NCBI GenBank assembly: GCA_965224245.1
Contig: OZ245046.1
Coordinates: 3,488,001 to 3,552,000 of the forward strand
From: Candidatus Eiseniibacteriota bacterium
Lineage (GTDB): Bacteria > Eisenbacteria > RBG-16-71-46 > CAZAMP01
Length of the DNA: 64,000 nt
Direction: 5' to 3'
The notes under the pieces are model-generated. The model worked only from the letters and a program-made list of their open reading frames with translations, did not search any database and was not told the DNA's origin. Made by a program: the position numbers and the translations under genes. Below, piece by piece: positions 1 to 8,840 of this stretch. How positions within the stretch are numbered: the stretch's first letter is position 1; each line of letters opens with the position of its first letter.

Positions 1-135
1 CAGCTTCACCAGAACCTGCCGCATGTGCCGCCGCCGTTCGTTTGGACCAACGCTACCCGACGTGTGCATCCGGGCGCCAATGGTAGCACCCGTCGATCGG
101 TCAGGATCGGTTCCGGCTCGCTCGCATGGGGCTGG

Positions 136-439
136 GTGCCGGCTCGACAAGCGTGGGGCGCTACGTCGCTCGTTTGGGGGCTGCGTGCCGGCTCGTCAAA
201 CGTGGGGCGCTACGTCGCTCCGGCTGCCGGCGTCACCCCGAGACCGGTCCGGGCATCATTTAGTGCCGGAGCGGCTCTGCGGCACTCGTGTGTCGCACGA
301 GTCGCGACTCCGGCCCCACGCTTGTCGAGCCTGTGCCGAGCTCCCCGAAGCTCGCTCCGGGGATGACGTGCTCGCCCCCGCGGGGCGACCCGCGGAGTGA
401 ACGAGCGTCACACCGCGCCCGGGACGCCGACGTGAGGAG
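136..439 (+). repeat. Left arm of long imperfect inverted repeat (REP/MITE-like structured element)
   Basis: 136-376 is the near-identical reverse complement of 919-1156, and 402-439 matches 857-894. Contains two tandem ~50-bp units and a perfect 19-bp internal inverted pair (141-159 / 313-331). Confidence 0.9.
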
Positions 440-856
440 ACCGACCGACTGACCGGCAGGCACGCGCCACGACGGTACCGCTTCCGCGTGAGTCTGGGTT
501 CGGCAGCCGCCGCCTCCGGGGCCAGACGAACCTCGAATCGGGGGTTCGTGGCGCGGTGGCCAGCTCTCTGACTCCACTCCCTGAGAGCGTTCCCGTCGAG
601 CGGAGACGGGGCCCTCCGGCGATGGGCGTGAACACTGGCGGATGACGCGAAGATTACCCGGGCGCAGCCGGACGGTGGCCGTGGCAGCAGTCGGGGCCGG
701 GGTCGTAGCGCTGGAGCCCTCGTGGGCGTCGAGGCCGTGGGCACCGAGCAACCTCGATCACGCCGTCGGGCGCCTGGCCATGCGCAGGGAACAGGGAGCA
801 CGTGGGTTCACCCGGCGCCAGTGACGAAGCGTGCCGGCGTGCAGGGGTCCGTCTAC

Positions 857-1156
857 CTCCTCACGTGGGTGTTCCGGGCTCAGTGTGACGCTCGGTAACC
901 ACTGCCGATCCCCGGACCGGCGAGCACGTCTCCCCGGAGCGAGCTTCGTGAACTCGGCGCAGGCTCGGCAAGCGTGGGGCCGGAGTCGCGACTCGTGCGA
1001 CACAAGAGCGCCGCAGAGCCGCTCCGGCACCAAATGATGCCCGGACCGGTCTCAGGGTGACGCCGGCAGCCGGAGCGACGGAGCGCCCCACGGTTGTCGA
1101 GCCGGCACCCAGCCCCAAACGAGCGACGGAGCGCCCCACGCTGGCCGAGCCGGCAC
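857..1156 (-). repeat. Right arm of long imperfect inverted repeat
   Basis: Reverse complement of 136-439 with scattered substitutions and small indels. Confidence 0.9.
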
Positions 1157-1210
1157 TCGAACCCGGACACCGTTGGCCGGAGCACCGGGCGACCCGCGAC
1201 GGTGGGCACG

Positions 1211-1242
1211 AAAAAGGGCCCCACCCGGAAGGGGTGAGGCCC
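1211..1242 (-). terminator. Rho-independent terminator of the large secreted protein gene
   Basis: Minus strand reads GGGCCTCACCCC-TTCC-GGGTGGGGCCC-TTTTT, about 30 nt after the stop at 1272. Confidence 0.85.
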
Positions 1243-1271
1243 CGAGTCGACCTATGTCAGGTCGGTCCGAG

Positions 1272-4200
1272 CTACTTCAGCACCACCATCTTCGTGGAGG
1301 CGTCGAAGCCGTCGGACGTCGACATGCGGGCCCAGTACACGCCACTGGAGACCTTCGCACCGGCGTCGGTGAGACCGTCCCACTGGAGGCTGTACGTGTT
1401 GGGCGCCTGCACCTCGTTCACGAGCGTGCGGACGAGGCGACCGTTGACGTCGTAGATCCCCAGGCTCACGTGAGCCTCGCGACCGACCACGTAACGGACC
1501 GTCGTGCGCGGGTTGAACGGGTTCGGGCTGTTCTGGTACAGCGCCGTCCGGACACCCGGGGACACGACTTCGTCAGCACCGACGATCAGCCCGTCGAACG
1601 ACTTCATGACCGTCGTGTTGGTCGGAGCCTCCAGGTAGTCGAAGACGTCGTTCAGACGCGCCAGGATCGCGTAGTCCGCGCACGGCGTGCCGTCGCCAGG
1701 GGCGTCGAGCGGATCGCCGTCACCGGTCCAGCCGGCCGGGGTCGCACGGAGGTAGTGGATCGAGAACGCATCGAGAACGGTACGGTAGCCCGTGCTCGTC
1801 GGCGACTGGTCGTTGGAGACCGACGCGTACGGAGTCTGGACCTCACCGTTGTCCTGATCGACCCAGATCAGGTCGCCCTGACCGTCGCCGACCGCGCCGA
1901 TGACGTCGAAGGCGAACTCGGTCGGGCAGCCGTTTCCGCGAGCGGACGAGTAGCTGCCGGCCGCACTGACGTCACTGGACGGATCCGCGTCGAGACGGAC
2001 GCACAGCGACGGATCCTCCACACCACCGGTCCGGTTCTCACGGTACGGCGCGGCGATGAAGCTCGTCTGTGCGAACTGGTTCAGCAGCGCGTTGTTGTCG
2101 GTGCGGTCGGTGCGGTTCAGGATCGAGGCGATCCCGTTGCCGCTGAGCCACAGACCGCGCGTGAAGTCGCTGCCGCCCGGACGGGCCACCGTCAGCCACG
2201 TCGCGATCAGGTCGGCGTCACCGTCACGGAGACCCTCCTGCGCGAACGTGCCCGTGTTGTACAGCATCGTCCGGTAGATCAGCGACTGGTACTTCGTCAT
2301 GCCGTTGTCACCGGACGACTCGCGAGCGAGCGGGGCCGGCACGTTGGACGACGCGGCGATGTAGTCGTAGCGATCCCAGTTGTCGTGCACGATGCCGTCG
2401 CGGTCGGTGGTCGTCCCGAGACGCGGGCGAAGGCCCTCGTCCTCGAGCGGCACCTGCGCGCCGAAGTTGAACGCATCCACGTACAGGACACAGGACGAGA
2501 GGTAGCCCAGGTTGTCCTGGCCGCCATCGTCCGGACCGATCGCGACGTTGCCCGGAAGCACCTCGAACTCGAGGAAGAAGAACGTATCCGGGTCGGTGTC
2601 GTTGTTCGTCGTGTCCGGGGTCACGCGGACCTGATCCGGGAACGAGGAGCCGACGACGGAGAAGAAGTACTCCACCGTCGAGCCCGGCGTCAGTTCGCCG
2701 TCCGGCAGGATCTTGTTGCCGTTCGCCGAGCTGTACGTCGAGAACAGACCCGGGTTGACGCCCGGATCGAGCTCGGTCATCTCGCAGGACGCGAAGCGAC
2801 CGTTGCCGTCCTCACCGTTGCCCTGATCGGCGACCGCGTCACCGATGCCACCCTGCGCGCCCACGATGCCGTTCGGACCGGCACCGGACTCGCCGAGGAA
2901 GGCATTGACGTCCCCGTCCGACATCGCGGGACCGCGATACAGACGGTAGTTCAGGTAGACCTCTGCGCCGCTCGCCGTGAGAACGGTCGCGGAGTCACCC
3001 ATGTTGGCGTTCGTCTGATCGGTGTCCGCACGGTTGTTGTCGTAGTACGAGTGCACGGACGCCGTGGCGGTCGGGAGCAGCGAGTTCTCGTCCGGGAACT
3101 GGTCCTGCCAGATGATCTCGGTCGAGATCTGGGGCGCATCCACAGGATCGCCGGCGAGGCCGATCGAGAGGTTGTCCCAGTACGGCGACTGGTTGGTCTG
3201 ATCCGGACCCGTGCAGTTCGCGGTTCCGAAGTCGTCGCAGTCACCGAGGAGCTCGAACACGATCTTCAGCGAGTCCACGCCGTTATCGAACGCGGTGGTC
3301 ATGAACTCCGAGTTGTCGGCGCGGAGCGAGACGCAACGCGCGCCGCCGAGACCGGAGAAGATGAAGCCACCGTCACCGGCGGGCTCGATCGTCCAGCCGA
3401 CCTCGTCGGTCTCCGGGCAGGTCCAGGGCCAGTAGCCCATCGACGCACGGTAGCCGACACCGTTCGACGTCGGGGTGTCTTCCCAGACATCCCAGTCGAG
3501 CAGGTAGATCGCGCGAGCATCGTCCTCACCGGTGACGACCGCGGGGTTCGAGATCAGGAGCTCACGCTGCTTCTGCGGGTGCGGGAACCCACCGGCGATG
3601 CTGCCGTCCCAGTCCGCCGCGACCATGACGAAGTCATTCTCGACGTCGAGCGTGATGGGGCAGGCGCAATCGTCGGCGATGGGATCCAGACTCGCCAGCG
3701 CGACGACCTGCTGGAAGTTACCGATCGCGGGATCGGTGGAGAACGTCCAGCCCTCTTCGTCCACCTCGAAGTTGTCCGTATCGGAGAGGCCGACTCCGTT
3801 GATCACGAAGTTGTCCATGCCGAACGGACCCCAGAACGAGTTCAGGAAGCCCGAGAACGAGTCCAGGCCGTCCGAGTACAGCGGGTCGGAGTCGAAGTTG
3901 AAGATGACCTGGAACGGGTCACCGTTGTCCGGCGGAAGGAACGCGAGGTCGATGACGATGGTGTCGGTGGCCGGGTTTGTCGGATCACCGATCCACGTGC
4001 CCTCTTCCTGCGCGCCGGAGTAGCCCCAGCCCTCGGGGGTCGACCACGCCGAGCCGTTCAGCGGCGTCGAACGCACACCCGCCACGTCCGTGTACACGTA
4101 GACGTAGTCGAACTGGGTCTCGCAGTCCGTGAAGTAGTCGAACTGGAGCGTGACGGTGGACGTGCCGCCGTAGATGAACGTCTTCGTCGCGTTGACGCCC

Positions 4201-4700
4201 CAGCCGTTGTCGTAGCCGAGTCCACCCGGCCAGCAGCCGGCCGCCGCCTCTTCGTCGTTCGCACCGGCCCACAGGGAGCCGACGCCGGACATCACCGGGA
4301 TCGTCGTGGCACCGGAGAAGTCGGCCGCCGTGATGCGACGGAAGTACGTGTCGCCGCCAGTCGACGGGTCACCCGGGGGGTCCGCCTGGCCGACGTCGGT
4401 CTTGTCTTCGGAGGACCAGCCCTGAAGCGTGCCGTCCTCGAAGTCCCAGATGCCGGTGGACTCACCACCCGAACGGTCGCCCTTGAACGCGAGGCCGTCG
4501 ACATCCTCACCGCCGAACCAGACCGTATCCGCGATGCCACGCTGCGTGTAGCTATCCTCGCGGACCGGCGGATCATTCAGAAGGTCCTGCTGGCCGCGCG
4601 GCAACAGGTCGGTGCGGACCTCCAGCTTGCCACCCGCGAGAGCGGTGGTGCTGAGACCGACGACGAGTACCGACGCCAGCACAACTGAGCGCTTAGCCAT
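1272..4700 (-). CDS. Large acidic secreted/surface protein with C-terminal FlgD-Ig / T9SS type A-like sorting domain
   Basis: Signal peptide MAKRSVVLASVLVVGLSTTALA; C-terminus LYQNSPNPFNPRTTVRY...IYDVNGRLVRTL...WDG...SSGVYW...KMVVLK; GGAGG RBS before ATG 4700. Confidence 0.85.
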   Translation of the reverse strand: MAKRSVVLASVLVVGLSTTALAGGKLEVRTDLLPRGQQDLLNDPPVREDSYTQRGIADTVWFGGEDVDGLAFKGDRSGGESTGIWDFEDGTLQGWSSEDKTDVGQADPPGDPSTGGDTYFRRITAADFSGATTIPVMSGVGSLWAGANDEEAAAGCWPGGLGYDNGWGVNATKTFIYGGTSTVTLQFDYFTDCETQFDYVYVYTDVAGVRSTPLNGSAWSTPEGWGYSGAQEEGTWIGDPTNPATDTIVIDLAFLPPDNGDPFQVIFNFDSDPLYSDGLDSFSGFLNSFWGPFGMDNFVINGVGLSDTDNFEVDEEGWTFSTDPAIGNFQQVVALASLDPIADDCACPITLDVENDFVMVAADWDGSIAGGFPHPQKQRELLISNPAVVTGEDDARAIYLLDWDVWEDTPTSNGVGYRASMGYWPWTCPETDEVGWTIEPAGDGGFIFSGLGGARCVSLRADNSEFMTTAFDNGVDSLKIVFELLGDCDDFGTANCTGPDQTNQSPYWDNLSIGLAGDPVDAPQISTEIIWQDQFPDENSLLPTATASVHSYYDNNRADTDQTNANMGDSATVLTASGAEVYLNYRLYRGPAMSDGDVNAFLGESGAGPNGIVGAQGGIGDAVADQGNGEDGNGRFASCEMTELDPGVNPGLFSTYSSANGNKILPDGELTPGSTVEYFFSVVGSSFPDQVRVTPDTTNNDTDPDTFFFLEFEVLPGNVAIGPDDGGQDNLGYLSSCVLYVDAFNFGAQVPLEDEGLRPRLGTTTDRDGIVHDNWDRYDYIAASSNVPAPLARESSGDNGMTKYQSLIYRTMLYNTGTFAQEGLRDGDADLIATWLTVARPGGSDFTRGLWLSGNGIASILNRTDRTDNNALLNQFAQTSFIAAPYRENRTGGVEDPSLCVRLDADPSSDVSAAGSYSSARGNGCPTEFAFDVIGAVGDGQGDLIWVDQDNGEVQTPYASVSNDQSPTSTGYRTVLDAFSIHYLRATPAGWTGDGDPLDAPGDGTPCADYAILARLNDVFDYLEAPTNTTVMKSFDGLIVGADEVVSPGVRTALYQNSPNPFNPRTTVRYVVGREAHVSLGIYDVNGRLVRTLVNEVQAPNTYSLQWDGLTDAGAKVSSGVYWARMSTSDGFDASTKMVVLK

Positions 4701-4764
4701 TACCAAAATGCCTCCATCGTTGCTGAAAGAACATCCCAGGCTTGCAGGTGGGTTGCGCGCCGGG

Positions 4765-4855
4765 GCGAGATGGGGTCGCCGACGGGAGGTTCACCTGCGG
4801 AGATGTCAACCCCTGGCTCTGCGACCTCCTTTTCCGGGTGTGCCCTTGATACCGA
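4765..4855 (-). ncRNA. Candidate c-di-GMP-I (GEMM)-like riboswitch, degenerate
   Basis: Minus strand AAGGGCACACCCGGAAAAGGAGGTCGCAGAGCCAGGGGTTGA resembles the GGCA(A/C)AC..GAAA..GG(A/T)CGCAAAGCC core. The 3' half fits poorly. Confidence 0.4.
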
Positions 4856-5047
4856 TGCCCTGCTGAAAAACGCAACTACGCGTCAAAGTCCTTCGTTGAC
4901 CAGTGGGAGAGTCCAGTCGACCGTCTCGCCGTGTTGCAGTCCTCGCTGTGTCTCGTCGCTGGCCGTGCACGCTCTGCACAGGGCCGACGTCACGACGCGG
5001 GGGATGGGAACCGCGTCGAGCGACGAGTGCATTCTGAGACAGCCGGA

Positions 5048-5076
5048 AGTATACGCGCGCGCGTAAAGGGCGTCAA
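5048..5076 (-). promoter_or_regulatory. Sigma-70 promoter for the large secreted protein
   Basis: TTGACG-N17-TATACT on the minus strand. Confidence 0.8.
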
Positions 5077-5088
5077 GAGCCCGTACAG

Positions 5089-6015
5089 TCAGGGTTTTCG
5101 CGCTCTGGCGATCCGTCTGACGAACCTCGCCAGCACCCCGGGAGGACGCCGCCACGCGCCCGACCTCCAGAACTCCGGGACTCGCGATTCGAAGAACCGC
5201 CACTCCCCCGGTCCGGGTACGGGAAGGCCGGCGCCGGCGCCCCGATCACCCCGGTGGGTCCGCTCGACGAGCCTCCCTCCGTCGAGGATCAGGACCCGGC
5301 TCACGACCGGCGTGATCCATTCCAGGTCGTGTCCTGCCAGCACGATGCCGCCCCCTCTGCTCGCGATCCTGGAGACGGCCGCCGCGAGGTCGGCGCGTCC
5401 GCGGACGTCCAGACCGGCCACCGGCTCGTCCAGAAGGAGCAGCCGCGGGGCGAAGACCAGGACCGACGCGATCGCGACGCGGCGCTGCTCCCCGGCGCTG
5501 AGCTGCCAGGGGCCCCGATCCTCGATGCCGCGGTCGCCGGCGAAGCCCATCGTGGCCAGCGCCGCCCGGGCCTGATCGCGGGCCTGATCGCGGGCCCGAT
5601 CGCCGGCCCGATCGTGGGCCCCCTGCGCACCGAACGCGACCTCCGACAGCACCGTGGACGCGAAGAACTGCCGCTCGGGGAACGACCGCGCCAGCCCGAC
5701 GTCGGGGAACGCCACCTGTCCGGGCGCCAGGGCCCGCCCGGCCACCGTCAGCTCGCCTCCCCATCGGGGATGGACCCCGGCCAGCACGCGGAGCAGCGTC
5801 GTCTTGCCCGACCCCGACGCCCCGAGGACGGCCACGACGTCGCCGGCGCGCACGGTCAGCGAGACGTCCGACAGGACGGTGAACGCCGATCGGGCCGGCT
5901 CCTGGCGGGGCCCCGGATCGGGGTCGGAGGCGCCCGGCCCTCGTCCATGGCCGGCGCGAAGCCGTCGGGCCACCAGGATCGGCTCGGCGGCGGGGCCGGC
6001 TAGCGCGCCGGCCAT
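5089..6015 (-). CDS. ECF-type transporter ATPase (EcfA'/CbiO-like)
   Basis: Walker A GASGSGKT, FPERQFFASTV, LSAGEQRRVAIA, LLLDEP; GGAGG RBS before ATG 6015. Confidence 0.8.
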   Translation of the reverse strand: MAGALAGPAAEPILVARRLRAGHGRGPGASDPDPGPRQEPARSAFTVLSDVSLTVRAGDVVAVLGASGSGKTTLLRVLAGVHPRWGGELTVAGRALAPGQVAFPDVGLARSFPERQFFASTVLSEVAFGAQGAHDRAGDRARDQARDQARAALATMGFAGDRGIEDRGPWQLSAGEQRRVAIASVLVFAPRLLLLDEPVAGLDVRGRADLAAAVSRIASRGGGIVLAGHDLEWITPVVSRVLILDGGRLVERTHRGDRGAGAGLPVPGPGEWRFFESRVPEFWRSGAWRRPPGVLARFVRRIARARKP

Positions 6016-6854
6016 CGGGCCTCCAGTTCGGCCCAGGACCGCGGACACCGCCGCACCGCCGCTGCATCCGGCCCGGCGTGGGCGGCATCGCCCTCGTGGG
6101 GCGCATGCGGTCCGGGCAGCTCGCCGAGCTGGTCCATCACCGTCAGCAGGGACGGCTCTCCGAGATCCCAGCGGCGCCACCGGCGCGTCCGGAGCACCTC
6201 GCCCGCGGTGTGCTCGTCGACGATCCGGCCGGAATCGAGCACCACGACGCGGGTCGCCAGGAGGACGAGGTCGATCCGATGAGTGGCGACCACGATCGCG
6301 TCCGGCGGCGGACCGGCCGTGGGATCGCCGGACAGGAAGCGGGTCAGAAGCCCGGTCGCGTCCACGTCGGCGTGAGTCGTGGGCTCGTCCAGGAGGACGA
6401 GCGGCGGTCCGGGCGCCAGCGCCGCGGCCAGATGCACGCGCTGCTGCTCGCCGGCCGACAGCATGCGAGGATCGCGACGTTCCAGGTCTAAGAGCCCGAG
6501 CCGCGAGACGGTCTCGGCCAGTCGACTCTCGGCCGCGTCTCCGGTCATCCCCCGACACGCGAGGGCGAACCGAACCTCGTCGGCGACGGTGTGAGAGGCC
6601 CAGGCGCCCGCCGGGGACTGCCGGACCAGTCCCACGTCGCACGCACGATCGGCCCGGCCCGATTGCGGCTCCAGGACCCCGGCCAGCACGTTCAGCAGGG
6701 TGCTCTTGCCCGATCCGTTCGCACCGAGAAGGACCATCCGGTCGCCGGGCCAGACCGAGAGCGTGACCCCGGCGAGCGCCGGCGGTGCGCCCGCGCTCAG
6801 CGTGACCGAGGCGTCGCTCATCGATGCTAGCGGTTCGCCGCGCGCGCCCACCAT
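6000..6854 (-). CDS. ECF-type transporter ATPase (EcfA/CbiO-like)
   Basis: GANGSGKST, TVADEVRF, LSAGEQQRV, LLDEPT, ATH motifs. Confidence 0.8.
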   Translation of the reverse strand: MVGARGEPLASMSDASVTLSAGAPPALAGVTLSVWPGDRMVLLGANGSGKSTLLNVLAGVLEPQSGRADRACDVGLVRQSPAGAWASHTVADEVRFALACRGMTGDAAESRLAETVSRLGLLDLERRDPRMLSAGEQQRVHLAAALAPGPPLVLLDEPTTHADVDATGLLTRFLSGDPTAGPPPDAIVVATHRIDLVLLATRVVVLDSGRIVDEHTAGEVLRTRRWRRWDLGEPSLLTVMDQLGELPGPHAPHEGDAAHAGPDAAAVRRCPRSWAELEARWPAR

Positions 6855-8002
6855 GCCGCCTCGGCCTCCCGGTACACCTCACGGACCGGGACGTTCGAGC
6901 TCCGGGCCGCGCGGCGGCAGTCGTCGTACTCTGGCGCCGCGGTCTCCCGGCCGCCGGGCCGGACGACGACCTTCACCCGGATCGTCCCGTAGTCGGTCTC
7001 GACCGTCTCGATCCGGCGGTCCAGCTCGTGACGCGCCTCGCGTCGCACGCGAAGCCCGATCGTGGTGGAGTGCGCGAGGACGAGGCTCGCCAGCGCGTCG
7101 GCCCGCCCCACCGGGGCGAGCACGGTCAGGAGGTGGCCCGATCGCCCCTTCTTCATCTGCACCGGTGTCACGAACACGTCCAGCGCCCCGTCGTCGATGA
7201 GACGCTCGGTGACGTCGGAGAGCCACTCGGGGGTCATGTCGTCGAGGTTGGCCTCGATCACGTCGACCGCGCCGCGGGGCGCCGCGGCGTCCAGCCGCAT
7301 CACGCGGACCATGTTCGGCGGTCCGACCTCGTCCTGGCGCGCTCCGAACCCGACCCCGATCGGCCCCAGCGTGACCCGGCCCGGCCACGTGTCCTCGCGC
7401 GCCAGCGCCGACACGATGGCCGCCCCCGTCGGCGTCGTGTGCTCGCCGGGCCGGCCCGTGAAGTGCACTGCCCGTCCGTCCAGGAGGTGGGCGGTGGCCG
7501 GTGACGGCAGCGGGAACACGCCGTGCGCCCCCGTCGTGTTGCCGGTCCCCAGCGGCAGTGGTCCGGCGAAGAGGTCGTGCGCGCCGAGAAGCTCCAGCGC
7601 GATCGAGACGCCGGCGACGTCCACGATGGAATCGACCGCGCCGACCTCGTGGAAGTGCACCCGCTCGAGCGCGATCCCGTGCACGAACGCCTCGGCCTCG
7701 GCGAGCCGGCGAAACACGTGCTCGGCCCGCTCCAGAGCGCCCGGGGCCAGCGAGCCGCGGCGCAGGATGGCCAGAACGTCCTCGAGGCCCCGGTGCGCGT
7801 GCGACTCGCCGATCGTGACGTCGACCCGTCGCCCCCGAAAGCCCCTCCGGACCTCCTCGACCACGGTCAGCTCCCACCCCTCGAGGCGGAGCGTGGCGAG
7901 CTGGGACCGGATCGCCTCCTCGGGAGCGCCGGCGTCGATCAGCGCCGCCAGCAGCATGTCGCCGGCGATTCCGCCCACCGGATCCACGAAGAGCCCGCTC
8001 AT
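6827..8002 (-). CDS. larC: Nickel pincer cofactor biosynthesis protein LarC (nickel insertase)
   Basis: GIAGDMLLAAL, VHFHEVGAVDSIVD, TPTGAA, EANLDD, MKKGRSG, PEYDDC motifs; start overlaps the larB stop. Confidence 0.93.
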   Translation of the reverse strand: MSGLFVDPVGGIAGDMLLAALIDAGAPEEAIRSQLATLRLEGWELTVVEEVRRGFRGRRVDVTIGESHAHRGLEDVLAILRRGSLAPGALERAEHVFRRLAEAEAFVHGIALERVHFHEVGAVDSIVDVAGVSIALELLGAHDLFAGPLPLGTGNTTGAHGVFPLPSPATAHLLDGRAVHFTGRPGEHTTPTGAAIVSALAREDTWPGRVTLGPIGVGFGARQDEVGPPNMVRVMRLDAAAPRGAVDVIEANLDDMTPEWLSDVTERLIDDGALDVFVTPVQMKKGRSGHLLTVLAPVGRADALASLVLAHSTTIGLRVRREARHELDRRIETVETDYGTIRVKVVVRPGGRETAAPEYDDCRRAARSSNVPVREVYREAEAAWWARAANR

Positions 8003-8766
8003 GACCGGTCGCGTCCCCGTACCACGAGCCGGTTGATGGTGGCCGCGGCGTATCCCGCACCGAAGCCGTTGTCGATGTTCACGACGGTCACGCCCGAGGC
8101 GCACGAGGTGAGCATGCCGAGCAGCGCGGCGACGCCGCCGAACGCCGCGCCATACCCCGTACTCGTCGGAACGGCGATCACCGGACGATCCACGAGCCCG
8201 GCCACCAGCGACGGCAGCGCGCCCTCCATGCCCGCCACGACGACGATCGCGTTCGCGTGCGTGAAGCGGTCGCGGCGCGAGAGCACGCGATGAACGCCGG
8301 CCACGCCGACGTCGGCGATGCGATCGACGGCCGCGCCCAGCGCGCTCGCCGTCACCGCCGCCTCCTCGGCGACCGGAGCGTCGGACGTCCCCGCGCTGAT
8401 CACGCTGACGGCGCCGATCGGGTCGGCCGGCTCGCGATCCACGTGAAAGACGCGCGCGCGACGATGCACGTCACCGTCCGGAAACGTCCGTGACAGCGCG
8501 GCGACCTGCTCGTCGGTCACACGCGTCAGCAGCACGCGCGACGAGGTGGCGAGAATCGTGGATGCGATCGCCACGACCTCCTCGGTGGTCTTGGCCGCGC
8601 AGAAGACCACCTCGGGATAGCCGCATCGGGCCTCGCGTGCGGCGTCCACGGTCGCGTTCGGGTGTGCGCCGCCCAGATGAGGCAGGAGCTCGTCGGCCGC
8701 GCGGTCGGCGGTCAGCGAGCCCGCTCGGACGGCCTCCAGTAGCTCGGTCAGCCTGACAGGGTCCAT
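7999..8766 (-). CDS. larB: Nickel pincer cofactor biosynthesis protein LarB
   Basis: GYPEVVF, AGTSD, DVGVAGVHR, AGMEGALPS, PTSTGYG, VVNIDNGFGAG. Confidence 0.95.
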   Translation of the reverse strand: MDPVRLTELLEAVRAGSLTADRAADELLPHLGGAHPNATVDAAREARCGYPEVVFCAAKTTEEVVAIASTILATSSRVLLTRVTDEQVAALSRTFPDGDVHRRARVFHVDREPADPIGAVSVISAGTSDAPVAEEAAVTASALGAAVDRIADVGVAGVHRVLSRRDRFTHANAIVVVAGMEGALPSLVAGLVDRPVIAVPTSTGYGAAFGGVAALLGMLTSCASGVTVVNIDNGFGAGYAAATINRLVVRGRDRS

Positions 8767-8840
8767 GTCGTCGATCTCCGCCCGCGCGTCGCCGCGAGCC
8801 CGATCGACCGGCGGCTCGTCGTCCCGGCGGGCGGACCAGG

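Noticed and set aside
1-24. Possible start of a minus-strand gene (MRQVLVKL)
   Set aside because: Only eight codons are visible; cannot be supported.
128-225. Possible CRISPR array
   Set aside because: Only two adjacent units per arm, no unique spacers, no cas genes.
23-1224. Short ORFs in the repeat region
   Set aside because: They are translations of the repeat on both strands with no protein features.
1173-4688. 1171-aa plus-strand ORF
   Set aside because: Antisense shadow of the real minus-strand gene; Arg/Val-rich with no motifs, as is typical of high-GC DNA.
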